A stretch of 64,000 bases of DNA from Chloroflexota bacterium (GCA_023423795.1 JAFAEX010000098.1:14620-78619), one strand, 5' to 3'. Counted from the first letter of the stretch, positions 44,118-53,366 are shown. Notes: generated by a model from the sequence alone, not told the origin. Program-made: numbers and translations.

Positions 44118-45300
44118 GATCGTCCCGCCGGGCGCGAGTCGGCTGCCGGTCGTTCCTCGTTCGGCGTGGTCCACCACGATTCGCATCGGTTCCAGAACCC
44201 CGGTTCGGTGTCGCGTCGCCCGGTGAGTCGGGATAGGCGCGTCGCCGTCCCGATTGGTCGTCGCTGCGCTGGCCACCGGTGCGGGTCGGACTGGCGGAGT
44301 CGCCACGCGGGCCGTCGGCGCCAGTTCCGCGTCCGGGCCGTGCCGGTTTGCGGGCACCGGAATCGCGAGGCGGGCGAGCCGGCTCCGGTCGCCGCTCACC
44401 CGCCGGTCCAACAGAATCCCGCGAGGGGTCGGTCGCGGTCACCACCTCTGGGTCGTTGCTTCGTTCGGCCGAACCACGGTCGAGGCGGCGGGGCGTCGTG
44501 GTGCGCTTCGCACTTGCGCGGGCTACGGGCTTGGGGCGGCCCGATTTCGTCGCCGCGCCGACGTGGGACGCTTCGGCGGTGTCGAGGCGCACGGCCTGCA
44601 GCAGCGAGGTCAGTTCGCCGCCGGAAAGTTCGCGCCAGCCGCCCAGCGGGATCGAGCCGAGCGCCAGTGGCCCGATCCGGACGCGGCGGAGTTTGGTCAC
44701 CGGGATGCCGACTTCTTCCATCATGCGCCGCACGACACGATTGAGCCCTTCGTGCACGGTGATGGTCAGCAGCGCGCCGTCCCGCGTTTCGCGCAGGATG
44801 CGGAACTCGTCGGGCACCACCAGCCGGCGGTCGATCGAGACGCCGGCGCGAACCCGGGCCATGACCGCCTCCGGAGGGCGGGCCGGGGTGAGGATCGTGT
44901 ACTCCTTGGCGAGTTTGTAGCGAGGGTGCATCACCCGATGGGCGACGTCGCCGTCGTTGGTGAGCAGCAACAGGCCCTCGGTCTCGCGATCGAGGCGACC
45001 AACCGGGTAGACGCGCTCGCGGGCCGGAACGAGGCTCATGACCGTGTCGCGGCCCTTTTCGTCGCTGGTGGTGGTAATGAAGCCGCCCGGTTTGTTGAGC
45101 ATGATGTAGCGCGGCGCTTCGGCCCGCACCAGCCGGCCATCGACCCGGATCTGGGCCGTCGGCGCGACGCGGGTGCCGAGTTCGGTCACCGTTTCGCCGT
45201 CCACGCTGACGCGCCCGGCGCGGATGAGGTCCTCCGCCTTGCGTCGGGAGGCGACCCCGCGGGCGGCGAGGACACGTTGCAGTCGCTCGTTGGCGTCGAT
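44110..45300 (-). CDS. rluB: 23S rRNA pseudouridine synthase RluB/RsuA family with S4 domain and basic disordered tail; non-canonical start
   Basis: The track ORF starts at GTG 45204, which is inside the S4 domain. In-frame upstream sequence reads IDANERLQRVLAARGVASRRKAEDLIRAGRVSVDG. There is no ATG/GTG/TTG between it and the upstream in-frame TGA (45325-45327). ATC 45300 has GGAG 8 nt upstream, and CTG 45282 is the alternative. Catalytic motif YPVGRLDRETEGLLLLTNDG. Confidence 0.8.
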   Translation of the reverse strand: MDANERLQRVLAARGVASRRKAEDLIRAGRVSVDGETVTELGTRVAPTAQIRVDGRLVRAEAPRYIMLNKPGGFITTTSDEKGRDTVMSLVPARERVYPVGRLDRETEGLLLLTNDGDVAHRVMHPRYKLAKEYTILTPARPPEAVMARVRAGVSIDRRLVVPDEFRILRETRDGALLTITVHEGLNRVVRRMMEEVGIPVTKLRRVRIGPLALGSIPLGGWRELSGGELTSLLQAVRLDTAEASHVGAATKSGRPKPVARASAKRTTTPRRLDRGSAERSNDPEVVTATDPSRDSVGPAGERRPEPARPPRDSGARKPARPGRGTGADGPRGDSASPTRTGGQRSDDQSGRRRAYPDSPGDATPNRGSGTDANRGGPRRTRNDRQPTRARRDDRD

Positions 45301-45324
45301 GGCGCGTTCTCCGCTGGGCGGCGT

Positions 45325-46530
45325 TCAGGCCGCCGGCTGCTCGCCGGCAGCGAACCCGGCTTGCTGGACCTGCCGCTCCGCGAGCAGGTCGGGACCGACG
45401 AGCAATAGTACCGTGCCCACCGGTTCGCCGGGGTTGGCGGGCGGCCCGAGCCGCAGCCGGTAGGCGAGGTCGGCGGCGCGGTCGGCGGGCACGGGTACGC
45501 TCCCGGATGCGGGCAGCACCGCGCCCCACGCCGCCAGTTCTTCGGGCAAGCCGGGGACGACGCCAGGCGCGGCGGGATCGACCCACACGTAATCGGTCTC
45601 GATGGCCGCCAGCATCCCGCGCATGTCGGCCCAGCGGGCGGGGCTGACCGGGACGCCGTTTTCGTACGAGAGCGGGCTGCCGAGCACGACCGAGACGATC
45701 AGGTTCTCGCCTTCGCGGGTGGCGACGACGAGGCAGCCGCCGGCCTCGGGGAGCGAGCCGGTCTTGATCCCGACGGCGGTGCCGTCCACCAGCATGTCGT
45801 TGGTGGTGAAGATCTCGTACCCCTCCGGCCGGATGGCCGAAGGCAGGGTGAGGCGCGCGGTGCCGACGATCTCGGCGAAGAGCGGGTCCTCCATCGCCAC
45901 GGCGGCCAGCAGGGCGAGATCGCGGGCGCTGATCCGCTGGTCGTCGGCGAACATCCCGGTCGGGTTCGCGAAATTGGCCGTCGTGGCCCCGAGATCGGCG
46001 GACATGCGGTTCATCTCGGCGACGAACGCGGCGGCCGGGTCGCCGTCCGCGCCGCCGGGGAGCGAAGCGCCGACGTGGCGCGCCAGGGCCAGCGCGGCGT
46101 CGTTGCCGGAGGGGATCATCAACCCGTAGAGCAAGTCGCGCACGGTCAGTACGTCCCCGGCGACCAACCCGACGCGCGATTGCGACTCGTCCACGATGTC
46201 GGATTCGAGGATGGCGATCGTGTCGTCGAGGTTGCCGTGCTCCAGCACCACCAGCGCAGTGACGATCTTGGTCAGGCTGGCCGGCGGCAGCGGCTCGTCG
46301 GCATTGAGGGCCAACAGCGGCACGTCAGCCGTTGCGTCGAACGCGTAGGCGGCGCCGGCGGTCAGCGGCGGCGGCTCCAGGGCCGGCCACGGCTCCGGGG
46401 TCCACGAAGACGCGTCGGCGAGGTTCGCCGCCGCCCCGTGGCCCACGGCAGCGATGACCACGATCAGCACGAGGATCGCGCGCACGCAGAATCCCGAGCG
46501 CGACAAAGCCGCAACAATCCGTTTCGTCAC
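45325..46530 (-). CDS. D-alanyl-D-alanine carboxypeptidase (S11 penicillin-binding protein)
   Basis: Trimmed to GTG 46530, with GGAGGGG upstream. It has an N-terminal TM/signal segment. Motifs: PPASLTK (SxxK), IPSGND (SxN) and IKTGS (KTG). Confidence 0.88.
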   Translation of the reverse strand: MTKRIVAALSRSGFCVRAILVLIVVIAAVGHGAAANLADASSWTPEPWPALEPPPLTAGAAYAFDATADVPLLALNADEPLPPASLTKIVTALVVLEHGNLDDTIAILESDIVDESQSRVGLVAGDVLTVRDLLYGLMIPSGNDAALALARHVGASLPGGADGDPAAAFVAEMNRMSADLGATTANFANPTGMFADDQRISARDLALLAAVAMEDPLFAEIVGTARLTLPSAIRPEGYEIFTTNDMLVDGTAVGIKTGSLPEAGGCLVVATREGENLIVSVVLGSPLSYENGVPVSPARWADMRGMLAAIETDYVWVDPAAPGVVPGLPEELAAWGAVLPASGSVPVPADRAADLAYRLRLGPPANPGEPVGTVLLLVGPDLLAERQVQQAGFAAGEQPAA

Positions 46531-46575
46531 CGCGAACGTGCCCCTCCGGGCGGCGGTCACCGCCCCGTGCTGGGG

Positions 46576-46581
46576 TACAAT
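46576..46581 (+). promoter_or_regulatory. -10 hexamer TACAAT placed for a leaderless transcript
   Basis: TACAAT ends 6 nt before the A of ATG 46588. No Shine-Dalgarno sequence is possible in this gap. Confidence 0.4.
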
Positions 46582-46587
46582 CGACGC

Positions 46588-47418
46588 ATGCACACACGCG
46601 TCCTGACCCCGGCTCCCCCGCCGGATTGTACCCCCACGCACGCCGCGGTTCGGGTGGCGGCAATCGGCGATCTCCACCTGCGCGACGATGCTCCGGTGTC
46701 GCTGCGCTGGTCGCTGCTGGCCGCGCGGGAGCAGGCGGATCTGCTCGTGATCGCCGGCGACATCACCGAGAGCGGGCGCGTGGCCGAGGCGGAGGTCGCG
46801 GCGCGGTTGCTGGCCGACCTGGGGATGCCGGTCGTCGCGGTGCTGGGCAACCACGACCGCCGTGGGCTGCGGCGGGGCGCGTTCCGGCAGGCGCTGACGG
46901 CGGCGGGGATCTTCCTGCTGGACGGGGACGCGCTCGAACTGCCGACCGCCTGCGGGGTACGGGTGGGGATCGCCGGCACGCCGGGATGCGGCGGCGGCTT
47001 CTGGTCGGACAACCACGCCGCGATGCCGCACGGCCGGGCGTTCAAGGCGCTGGCCGTGCGCGCCCGACGCGAATGCGCCCGGCTCGACCGTGCGCTCGCC
47101 GCGCTGGAAGCGCCGGTCCGCATCGCGGTGACGCATTTCGCGCCGACGCCGAGCACGCTCGGAGACGAACCGGCCGCCAAGTGGTGGATGCTCGGCAACG
47201 CCGAACTGGGCCGGGTCATCGACACGCACGCGGTGGACCTGGTGCTTCATGGGCACGCCCACGCGGGAGCGCCGCTCGGCCGCACGAAGGGCGGGGTACC
47301 GGTGCGCAACGTCGCGCTGCCGGTGAACGGCGGGCTGGTGATGGTGCCGATCCTCGCCCGTCCGCCCGTTCCGGCGCCGGTGCTCGTGCCCGAGATCGTC
47401 GCCGGAGCGGTGCTGTGA
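46588..47418 (+). CDS. Calcineurin-like metallophosphoesterase
   Basis: Trimmed to ATG 46588. Motifs: GDLH, AGDITE, GNHD and HGHAH. Confidence 0.82.
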   Translation: MHTRVLTPAPPPDCTPTHAAVRVAAIGDLHLRDDAPVSLRWSLLAAREQADLLVIAGDITESGRVAEAEVAARLLADLGMPVVAVLGNHDRRGLRRGAFRQALTAAGIFLLDGDALELPTACGVRVGIAGTPGCGGGFWSDNHAAMPHGRAFKALAVRARRECARLDRALAALEAPVRIAVTHFAPTPSTLGDEPAAKWWMLGNAELGRVIDTHAVDLVLHGHAHAGAPLGRTKGGVPVRNVALPVNGGLVMVPILARPPVPAPVLVPEIVAGAVL

Positions 47419-48446
47419 GCGGCCGGCGGGAACGACCGCAGGTGAAGATCGCCGCACCAGCGGCGGCCAGCGCCCCGATCCGGCTGGACCGGCTCGTCAA
47501 CCCATACGGCGCGTCGCCGTTGGTGGCGGAATCGCTGGCGGCAGCCGACGACCTCCACCGCGACCCGGACCGGCTGCTGCCCGTGCTGCACCGGCGGCTC
47601 GCCGCGCAGTCGGGCGTGCCGGCCGGCTGGGTGCGGCCGGCGAACGGGATCGACGAGGTCATCAACGCGGCGATCGCCGGGGCGGGCGAAGGTCCGCTGG
47701 TGGTCTTCCCGCCGGGGAACGATCCGGCGGGGGAGCAACCATCGGCTGGCCGGGAACGGATCGATGTCTGGCGCAGTCAGGCCTTCCTGCCGGCGCTGGA
47801 CCCGGAAACGGCCGCCGAGTTGCCGCGCGACGGTATCGCGGTCCTCACGTCGCCGCACGACCCGTCCGGCGCGCTGCTGCCGGTGCAGGACGCGGTGCGG
47901 TTGGCGCGGTCGTGCAAATGGGTGTTCATCGACGAGCGCTGCGGCGGTTTCGGCCCGCGCTCGTTCTCCCGCCTCGCCCGCGAGTTCGACAACGTGGTGG
48001 TGTTCCAGACGCTGGAAACGTGGGCGGGGTTGTCGGCCTTCCCGGTTGGCTGGGCGGTTGGGTCGCCGCGCGCGCTGGACCGCATCTTTGCGGACTCCGT
48101 GCGCCCCGTTTCGGCCGGGGCAGCGGTGGCGGCGCTGGCGACGCTCGACGACATGCCCGGGGTGCTGGCGAACGTGCGCCGTGTGCGCGACGAGCGCTCC
48201 CGGTTGTTCCGCATGCTGCGAAAACTGAACATGGTCCAGCCGATGCCGTCGTGGGCCGGGTTCGTGCTCGCGCGCGCCACCCGCTCGACCGGGGACGAAT
48301 TGGCCGAGCAACTGCGACAGCGCGGCATCCTCGTCCTCCGGCCGTCCGGCCCGGCGCTCGAAGACGTGCTGCGAATCAGCGCCGGGCGGCCGTCGGACAC
48401 CGATGCCCTGCAACGAGCGCTGGTGGAGGCCGGACTCGTCATCTGA
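47415..48446 (+). CDS. Class I/II aminotransferase-fold protein (HisC-like) lacking the PLP-binding lysine
   Basis: GTG 47415 forms a GTGA overlap with the upstream stop. An alternative GTG lies at 47442. HisC-like layout: NPYG...GIDEVI...SPHDPSG...FIDE...VFQTLETWAGLSAFPVGWAVG...RISAGRPSD. T replaces the S-K lysine and P replaces the phosphate-binding R. Confidence 0.7.
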   Translation: MSGRRERPQVKIAAPAAASAPIRLDRLVNPYGASPLVAESLAAADDLHRDPDRLLPVLHRRLAAQSGVPAGWVRPANGIDEVINAAIAGAGEGPLVVFPPGNDPAGEQPSAGRERIDVWRSQAFLPALDPETAAELPRDGIAVLTSPHDPSGALLPVQDAVRLARSCKWVFIDERCGGFGPRSFSRLAREFDNVVVFQTLETWAGLSAFPVGWAVGSPRALDRIFADSVRPVSAGAAVAALATLDDMPGVLANVRRVRDERSRLFRMLRKLNMVQPMPSWAGFVLARATRSTGDELAEQLRQRGILVLRPSGPALEDVLRISAGRPSDTDALQRALVEAGLVI

Positions 48447-48525
48447 TCCCGAATCGGGGATGCCCGCCCGTCCGTCCGCGCCGGAACTGAGGCAAGATTC
48501 AGCACCCGTCCGGCATTGGCCCTTC

Positions 48526-48605
48526 GTCATCCCGAGCCTGTCGGGGGATTTCGTTTCCGCCTCGGCACATTGGACGACGAGATCCCTCGACAGGCTCGGG
48601 ATGAC
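48526..48605. repeat. REP-type palindromic hairpin (same family, slightly degenerate left arm)
   Basis: GTCATCCCGAGCCTGTCGGGGGATTTCGT (48526-48554) / ACGAGATCCCTCGACAGGCTCGGGATGAC (48577-48605). Confidence 0.88.
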
Positions 48606-48696
48606 GAGGGGCGGGCGGCCTCGGGAAAGGCGTGGCGTCATGCATGCCGCCGTTGGACCGAGCCGACGGCATGGTGCGCTCACCTTTTCCCAGAAT

Positions 48697-49087
48697 TGTT
48701 TTGGTGTTTATTCGGTATTTGTTCGGTCGCACGCAAGCGCGTACGTACGCGGCAAATAGGGCGATTTCGGGTTTATTCGCTCCCCCCTGGCCCTCTGGAA
48801 GCTCGGCACGGCGCCCGACGAACCCGAGCAGGCTTCCCCACGCCGCGCCGGAGCGCAGCCGGTAAACGCTGGTTCCGGTCGAGGTCGGTTCGACCGGATT
48901 CGGTCGCGTCCCTGGCCGGGATAGCGCGCGCATAAGCGAGAATCGGCACGACCGATGGTCGCCCCGGCGCCGCTGCCGCGACGCAGGGTGTGGGAGGCAG
49001 GCCGAACAAACCGGGTTTCCGCATGGATATGCGGAAACCCGGACCGCAAAAATACCGAATAAACGCCGAATCAATACCGAATAAACT
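48697..49087 (-). repeat. Copy B (inverted orientation) of the AT-rich element with 11-bp unit arrays
   Basis: TTTGG/TTCGG units at 48700, 48711 and 48722. Palindrome GCGTACGTACGC lies at 48739-48750. GTTTATTCGC at 48771-48780 is the reverse complement of GCGAATAAAC, again 30 nt from the palindrome. Perfect 14-bp hairpin CCGGGTTTCCGCAT/ATGCGGAAACCCGG lies at 49011-49042. CCGCA/CCGAA units at 49044, 49055, 49066 and 49077. Confidence 0.85.
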
Positions 49088-49241
49088 CGGTGCCGAGGCG
49101 GCGGGTGATTGCCCACGCTCGCGGCAACGAGGCGACCCGGCGCGCTTCGCACCCAATTCCGCTGTCATCCAGAGCCGGCGCTATTTTGAAACGGGCTCTG
49201 GTCTCGTCTCCGGTGAACGAGCCCGCGACAGGAGCGGGTCA

Positions 49242-49982
49242 CTACCCCTCGCCGAGGGCGGCGCGCTGGTGGGCGAAGAGGTCGGTGAGGCCCAGTTCGG
49301 CCAGCAGGAGCAGTGAGTCGAGCGCTTCACGATTGAACGGCGCGCCCTCGGCGGTGGTCTGGATCTCGACGAACTCGCCGGCGGAGGTCATCACGACGTT
49401 GGCATCGACGTCGGCCCCGGCGTCCTCGGCGTAGGTGAGGTCGAGGACGGGCACGCCCTTGGCGATGCCGACACTGACGGCGGCCACCTGCGAGCGTATC
49501 GGGTTGCGCTTGACCGCGCCGCTTCCCTGCAATCCGCGACAGGCGATGGCGAGAGCCACCCACGCGCCGGTGATGGCGGCGCAACGGGTGCCGGCGTCGG
49601 CTTGCAGCACGTCGCAGTCGAGGATGATCTGGCGCTCGCCGAGGGCCTTCAGGTCCACCACGGCGCGCAGGGAACGGCCGATGAGCCGCTGGATCTCCAC
49701 GGTGCGGCCGCCCTGCTTGCCGGCGACCGCCTCGCGGTTCGTTCGCGTCGGGGTGGAGCGGGGGAGCATCGCGTACTCGGCGGTCACCCAGCCCTGGCCG
49801 CGGCCCATCAGCCAGCGGGGCAGGCGGTCCTCGACGGTGGCGGTGCAGAGCACCCGCGTACTGCCCTGGGTGATGAGCGCGGACCCTTCGGCGAAGGGCG
49901 CAGCGCCGGGTAGGATCTCGACCGGGCGCAGCGCGTCCGCGGCGCGGCCGTCGGGCCGTCCGTTCGCTCGTCCACCGCTCAC
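49242..49982 (-). CDS. rph: Ribonuclease PH
   Basis: Motifs: [12 protein letters not shown]...[16 protein letters not shown]...[15 protein letters not shown]...[16 protein letters not shown]...[12 protein letters not shown]. Confidence 0.92.
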   Translation of the reverse strand: MSGGRANGRPDGRAADALRPVEILPGAAPFAEGSALITQGSTRVLCTATVEDRLPRWLMGRGQGWVTAEYAMLPRSTPTRTNREAVAGKQGGRTVEIQRLIGRSLRAVVDLKALGERQIILDCDVLQADAGTRCAAITGAWVALAIACRGLQGSGAVKRNPIRSQVAAVSVGIAKGVPVLDLTYAEDAGADVDANVVMTSAGEFVEIQTTAEGAPFNREALDSLLLLAELGLTDLFAHQRAALGEG

Positions 49983-51304
49983 GCGTCCTCTCCTTCGTAG
50001 ATCGCCCGGATTCGCGCCAGCCGCTCGCGGGCCTCGCGTTCGAACCCACGGCCGGTCGGCTCGTAGTAGCGGCGCCCAGCGAGGTTGTCCGGCAGGTTCT
50101 GCTGGGCCACGACGCCGCCCTCGAAATCGTGGGCGTACTTGTAGCCCTTGCCGTAGCCGGCGTCGCGCATCAGCCCGGTAGGGGCGTTGCGGAGGTGGAG
50201 CGGTACGGGATCGTTGCGCGTGGCGGCGACGTCGGCGGCGGCGGCCTTGTAGCCGGCGTAGACGGCGTTGCTCTTCGGGGCGAGCGCGAGGTAGACGGCG
50301 AGTTCGGCCAGCGCCAGCGCGCCCTCGGGCATGCCGAGGAAGTGGACCGACTGCTGGGCCGCCATCGCGAGCGGGAGGGCCTGCGGGTCCGCCAGCCCGA
50401 CATCCTCGCTGGCGAAGCGGACGAGGCGGCGCGCGACGTAGAGCGGGTCGTCGCCGCGCTCAAGCATGCGCGCCAGCCAGTAGAGTGCGGCGTCGGGGTC
50501 GGAGCCGCGCAGGACCTTGTGCAGCGCCGAGATCGCGTCGAAGTGGTCGTCGCCGGACTTGTCGTAGGTCGCGGCCCGGCGCTGGGCCGCCTGCGCGACC
50601 ATCTCCAGAGAGATGGCGCCGCCCTTGTCGGCCGGAACGGATGCCCATTCGAGCGTGTTGAGCGCCCAGCGGGCATCGCCGTTCGCGAAGTTGACGACCA
50701 GGTCGAGGGCGTCGTCGTCGATGGACAGGTTCAACGCGCCGAGACCGCGCTCGCGGTCGCCAAGCGCCCGCAGCACGAGTTGCCGCACATCCTCGTCTTC
50801 CAGCGCCTTGAGGATGACGACGTGGGAACGGGACAGGAGCGGGGCGTTGACCTCAAACGAGGGGTTCTCGGTCGTGGCCCCGATGAGGACGACGGTGCCG
50901 TCCTCGACGTGGGGCAGCAGGGCGTCCTGCTGGGACTTGTTGAAGCGGTGGATCTCGTCGATGAACAGGACGGTGCGCTGGCCGTGCATCCCGAGGCGGT
51001 CCTGCGCTTCCTTGACGGTGGCGCGGATGTCGGCGACGCCGGAGGTCACGGCCGAAAGCGACGCGAAGTGGGATTTCGTGCTGGCGGCGACGATCCGGGC
51101 GAGCGTGGTCTTGCCCGCGCCGGGCGGTCCCCAGAGGACGATGGAGGACAGCCGGTCCTGCTCGATCGCCCGGCGCAGCAGGGTTCCCGGGCCGATCACG
51201 TCTCGATGGCCGACGATCTCGTCGAGCGTTCGCGGGCGCATGCGCGCCGCCAGCGGCGCCCGCCGCGCCACCTGCTGCTGGCGGTGCGCCTCGAACAGGT
51301 CCAT
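49979..51304 (-). CDS. rarA: Replication-associated recombination protein A (AAA+ ATPase)
   Basis: Motifs: [16 protein letters not shown]...[13 protein letters not shown]...[24 protein letters not shown]. Confidence 0.92.
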   Translation of the reverse strand: MDLFEAHRQQQVARRAPLAARMRPRTLDEIVGHRDVIGPGTLLRRAIEQDRLSSIVLWGPPGAGKTTLARIVAASTKSHFASLSAVTSGVADIRATVKEAQDRLGMHGQRTVLFIDEIHRFNKSQQDALLPHVEDGTVVLIGATTENPSFEVNAPLLSRSHVVILKALEDEDVRQLVLRALGDRERGLGALNLSIDDDALDLVVNFANGDARWALNTLEWASVPADKGGAISLEMVAQAAQRRAATYDKSGDDHFDAISALHKVLRGSDPDAALYWLARMLERGDDPLYVARRLVRFASEDVGLADPQALPLAMAAQQSVHFLGMPEGALALAELAVYLALAPKSNAVYAGYKAAAADVAATRNDPVPLHLRNAPTGLMRDAGYGKGYKYAHDFEGGVVAQQNLPDNLAGRRYYEPTGRGFEREARERLARIRAIYEGEDA

Positions 51305-51334
51305 GCGGCGCGGTGCTCCCCGCGGCCCGGCGGC

Positions 51335-51508
51335 TTATACCCCCGAGAGCCGGTCGATTTCGTCGTTCAGTTCGGCCATCCGCCGCTCGGCGTCGGCGCG
51401 GGAAGCGACCCTGAGGTCGTCCATCTCTTCGAGCAGGTCTTCCAGCCGGTCGAGTTCGTCGAGCAGCGGGTAGAGCGCGGCATCGGTGGCTTTACCGTTG
51501 TCGGGCAT
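51335..51508 (-). CDS. Hypothetical small acidic helical protein (57 aa), below the ORF-track cutoff
   Basis: Hand translation gives MPDNGKATDAALYPLLDELDRLEDLLEEMDDLRVASRADAERRMAELNDEIDRLSGV*. GGGGA lies 6 nt upstream. Codons are GC3-rich. It fills the gap between the membrane protein and rarA on the same strand. Confidence 0.5.
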   Translation of the reverse strand: MPDNGKATDAALYPLLDELDRLEDLLEEMDDLRVASRADAERRMAELNDEIDRLSGV

Positions 51509-51526
51509 GTGGGGTCCCCGGTGGCG

Positions 51527-52558
51527 TCAGGCAGTGAAGACGAGGGCGACGAAGCAGAGCGCGCTGACGAGCCCGAACTCGACGAGGTCGCGCATCCGCA
51601 ACGCGCGCTGGGTGGCGGCCAGCAGGATGCCGGCCGCAAGGTAGAAGACAACCAGCAGGATCGCGCCCCCGGTCCAGCCGTGGGTGAGCCACCAGTTGAG
51701 CGGGATAATCGCCTGCGCCAGCACGAACCCGCCGACGATCGCGTAGAGGACACGGCGCTCACGCGGGGCGTTGCCGCGTTCCAGCGATTCCAGCGTCAGC
51801 AACCCGCCGATCAGGCCGACGAGCACGACGCCGACCGGCGTGGGCAACTTGTTGAGGTAGACGGCGCTGAGGGCGAGGAACGCGACGAAATGCACGACGA
51901 AGGCGTGCACGGTGATGGCGGCGCGGCGAGCCGAATCGCCGGAGTCGTCGAGCAGGTCGCGCGCAAGCAGGGCGCCGGCGTTGCCGAGGAACGCGACGAC
52001 CGGGCCGACCGCGATCATCACGGCGTTGTGGAACGTGGCGACGAGCAGCACGGCGGCGGCGGTCGCCACGGTGGGCACGATCCAGGCGGTCGGCAGCGCG
52101 TCTGGCGAGCGGCGGGCGACGCCGCTACCGCGTGCGGCCAACTTCTCGGCCACCTGCGCGCCGACGCCCGAGCCAATGATGACGAGGACGCCGACGATCC
52201 AGAACAGGGCGTTGGTCGTTTGCAGGATGGGGATGCGGTTCGGCCGGGGCTGGCCCGTCGCGTAGATCGCCAGCACGAGCACGACCGCCGAGGCGAAGAT
52301 CGCCACCAGCAGGCCCATGCCGGAGCCGGGCTGATCGACCGGCTGCGCGCCGGCGGCCGGTGGGCCGAGATCGGGCCGGATCGGGACGCCGGACGGGGTG
52401 GTCGCGCCATCGGCCGGCGTCGCCTCGTCGTCGGCCTCGCTGGCGAGGTCGTCGGCAGGCGCCGCCAGTTCCGAATTGCGACCGCGCCGGAACCCCGGCG
52501 AAAACCGCGAAGTGCCCACGTTGCGTCCGTCCCCCGTCGGCCGGTTCCCCGGGGCCAT
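51527..52558 (-). CDS. Hypothetical polytopic membrane protein with disordered N-terminus
   Basis: 343-aa ORF. After about 80 low-complexity residues there are 7-8 hydrophobic segments by eye. I recognise no family, and the start is uncertain. Confidence 0.65.
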   Translation of the reverse strand: MAPGNRPTGDGRNVGTSRFSPGFRRGRNSELAAPADDLASEADDEATPADGATTPSGVPIRPDLGPPAAGAQPVDQPGSGMGLLVAIFASAVVLVLAIYATGQPRPNRIPILQTTNALFWIVGVLVIIGSGVGAQVAEKLAARGSGVARRSPDALPTAWIVPTVATAAAVLLVATFHNAVMIAVGPVVAFLGNAGALLARDLLDDSGDSARRAAITVHAFVVHFVAFLALSAVYLNKLPTPVGVVLVGLIGGLLTLESLERGNAPRERRVLYAIVGGFVLAQAIIPLNWWLTHGWTGGAILLVVFYLAAGILLAATQRALRMRDLVEFGLVSALCFVALVFTA

Positions 52559-52591
52559 CCTATCCCGAATCGCGCGGCGCGGCCAAGGACA

Positions 52592-53305
52592 TCAGTCCAT
52601 TCCCGCGAGGATCTCCGCCCAGGCGGCCTCGATCGTCTCGCGGGGAACGGGGCCTTCGCGCAGGATGGAGATGCCGTTCGTGGTCACGGCGACGACGGTG
52701 GAAGCGCTGCCGCCGGGGCAGGAGCCGCCGTCGAGCAGGATGTCGAGTTCCGGGCCGATCGCGGCCGCCACCTCGGCGGCGGTGCGGGCGGGGTCTTCGC
52801 CGGACCGGTTGGCGCTGGTCGCCGCCAGCGAGCCACCGGCGCGGGAGATCACCTCGATGGCGAGGAAGTGCGACGGGACGCGGACGCCGACCGTCGCCCG
52901 CCCGCGCTCGTCGCGGCCGAGCACCTCGGGCGGCAGGCCGTCGCGGGCCGGGACGACGAGCGTGAACGGTCCCGGCCAGAACCGGCTCGCCAGCGCGGTC
53001 AGGCGCTGCCCGTCCTCGTCCGAGAGCGCGGCGACGTCGCGCAGGTTGCGGGGCGAGGCGAGGAGGACCGGCAGCGGCTTGCCGTCCGGGCGGCGCTTGA
53101 TCGACTGGATGCGCGCCACCGCCGCCGGGTGGGCGAGCGATCCGGCGAGGGCGTAGACGGTGTCGGTCGGGAAGGCGACGACGCCGCCCTCGGCCACCTG
53201 CTCGGCGGTCCATTCGATGGCCCGCGGCGCGGACGGATCGAGGATGACTTGCCGGTTGCGCGGGCGGTCCGGCGCGTCGTCGAGTCGGGAGGGGATGTCG
53301 CTCAC
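52592..53305 (-). CDS. tsaC: L-threonylcarbamoyladenylate synthase (Sua5/YciO/YrdC/YwlC family)
   Basis: Motifs: VVAFPTDTVYALAG...FWPGPFTLVV...VGVRVPSH...LAATSANRSGE...STVV. Confidence 0.85.
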   Translation of the reverse strand: MSDIPSRLDDAPDRPRNRQVILDPSAPRAIEWTAEQVAEGGVVAFPTDTVYALAGSLAHPAAVARIQSIKRRPDGKPLPVLLASPRNLRDVAALSDEDGQRLTALASRFWPGPFTLVVPARDGLPPEVLGRDERGRATVGVRVPSHFLAIEVISRAGGSLAATSANRSGEDPARTAAEVAAAIGPELDILLDGGSCPGGSASTVVAVTTNGISILREGPVPRETIEAAWAEILAGMD

Positions 53306-53366
53306 GCGGGGCTCCTCGCCGGCCGGGCAGTTCGCGCACCGGCCGATCCGATAGGGCGTTGAACGA

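Noticed and set aside
45325-45327. TGA between the carboxypeptidase and rluB as a selenocysteine or read-through codon giving a fusion protein
   Set aside because: No SECIS-like hairpin follows the TGA. A secreted PBP fused to a cytoplasmic rRNA-modifying enzyme is also topologically implausible.
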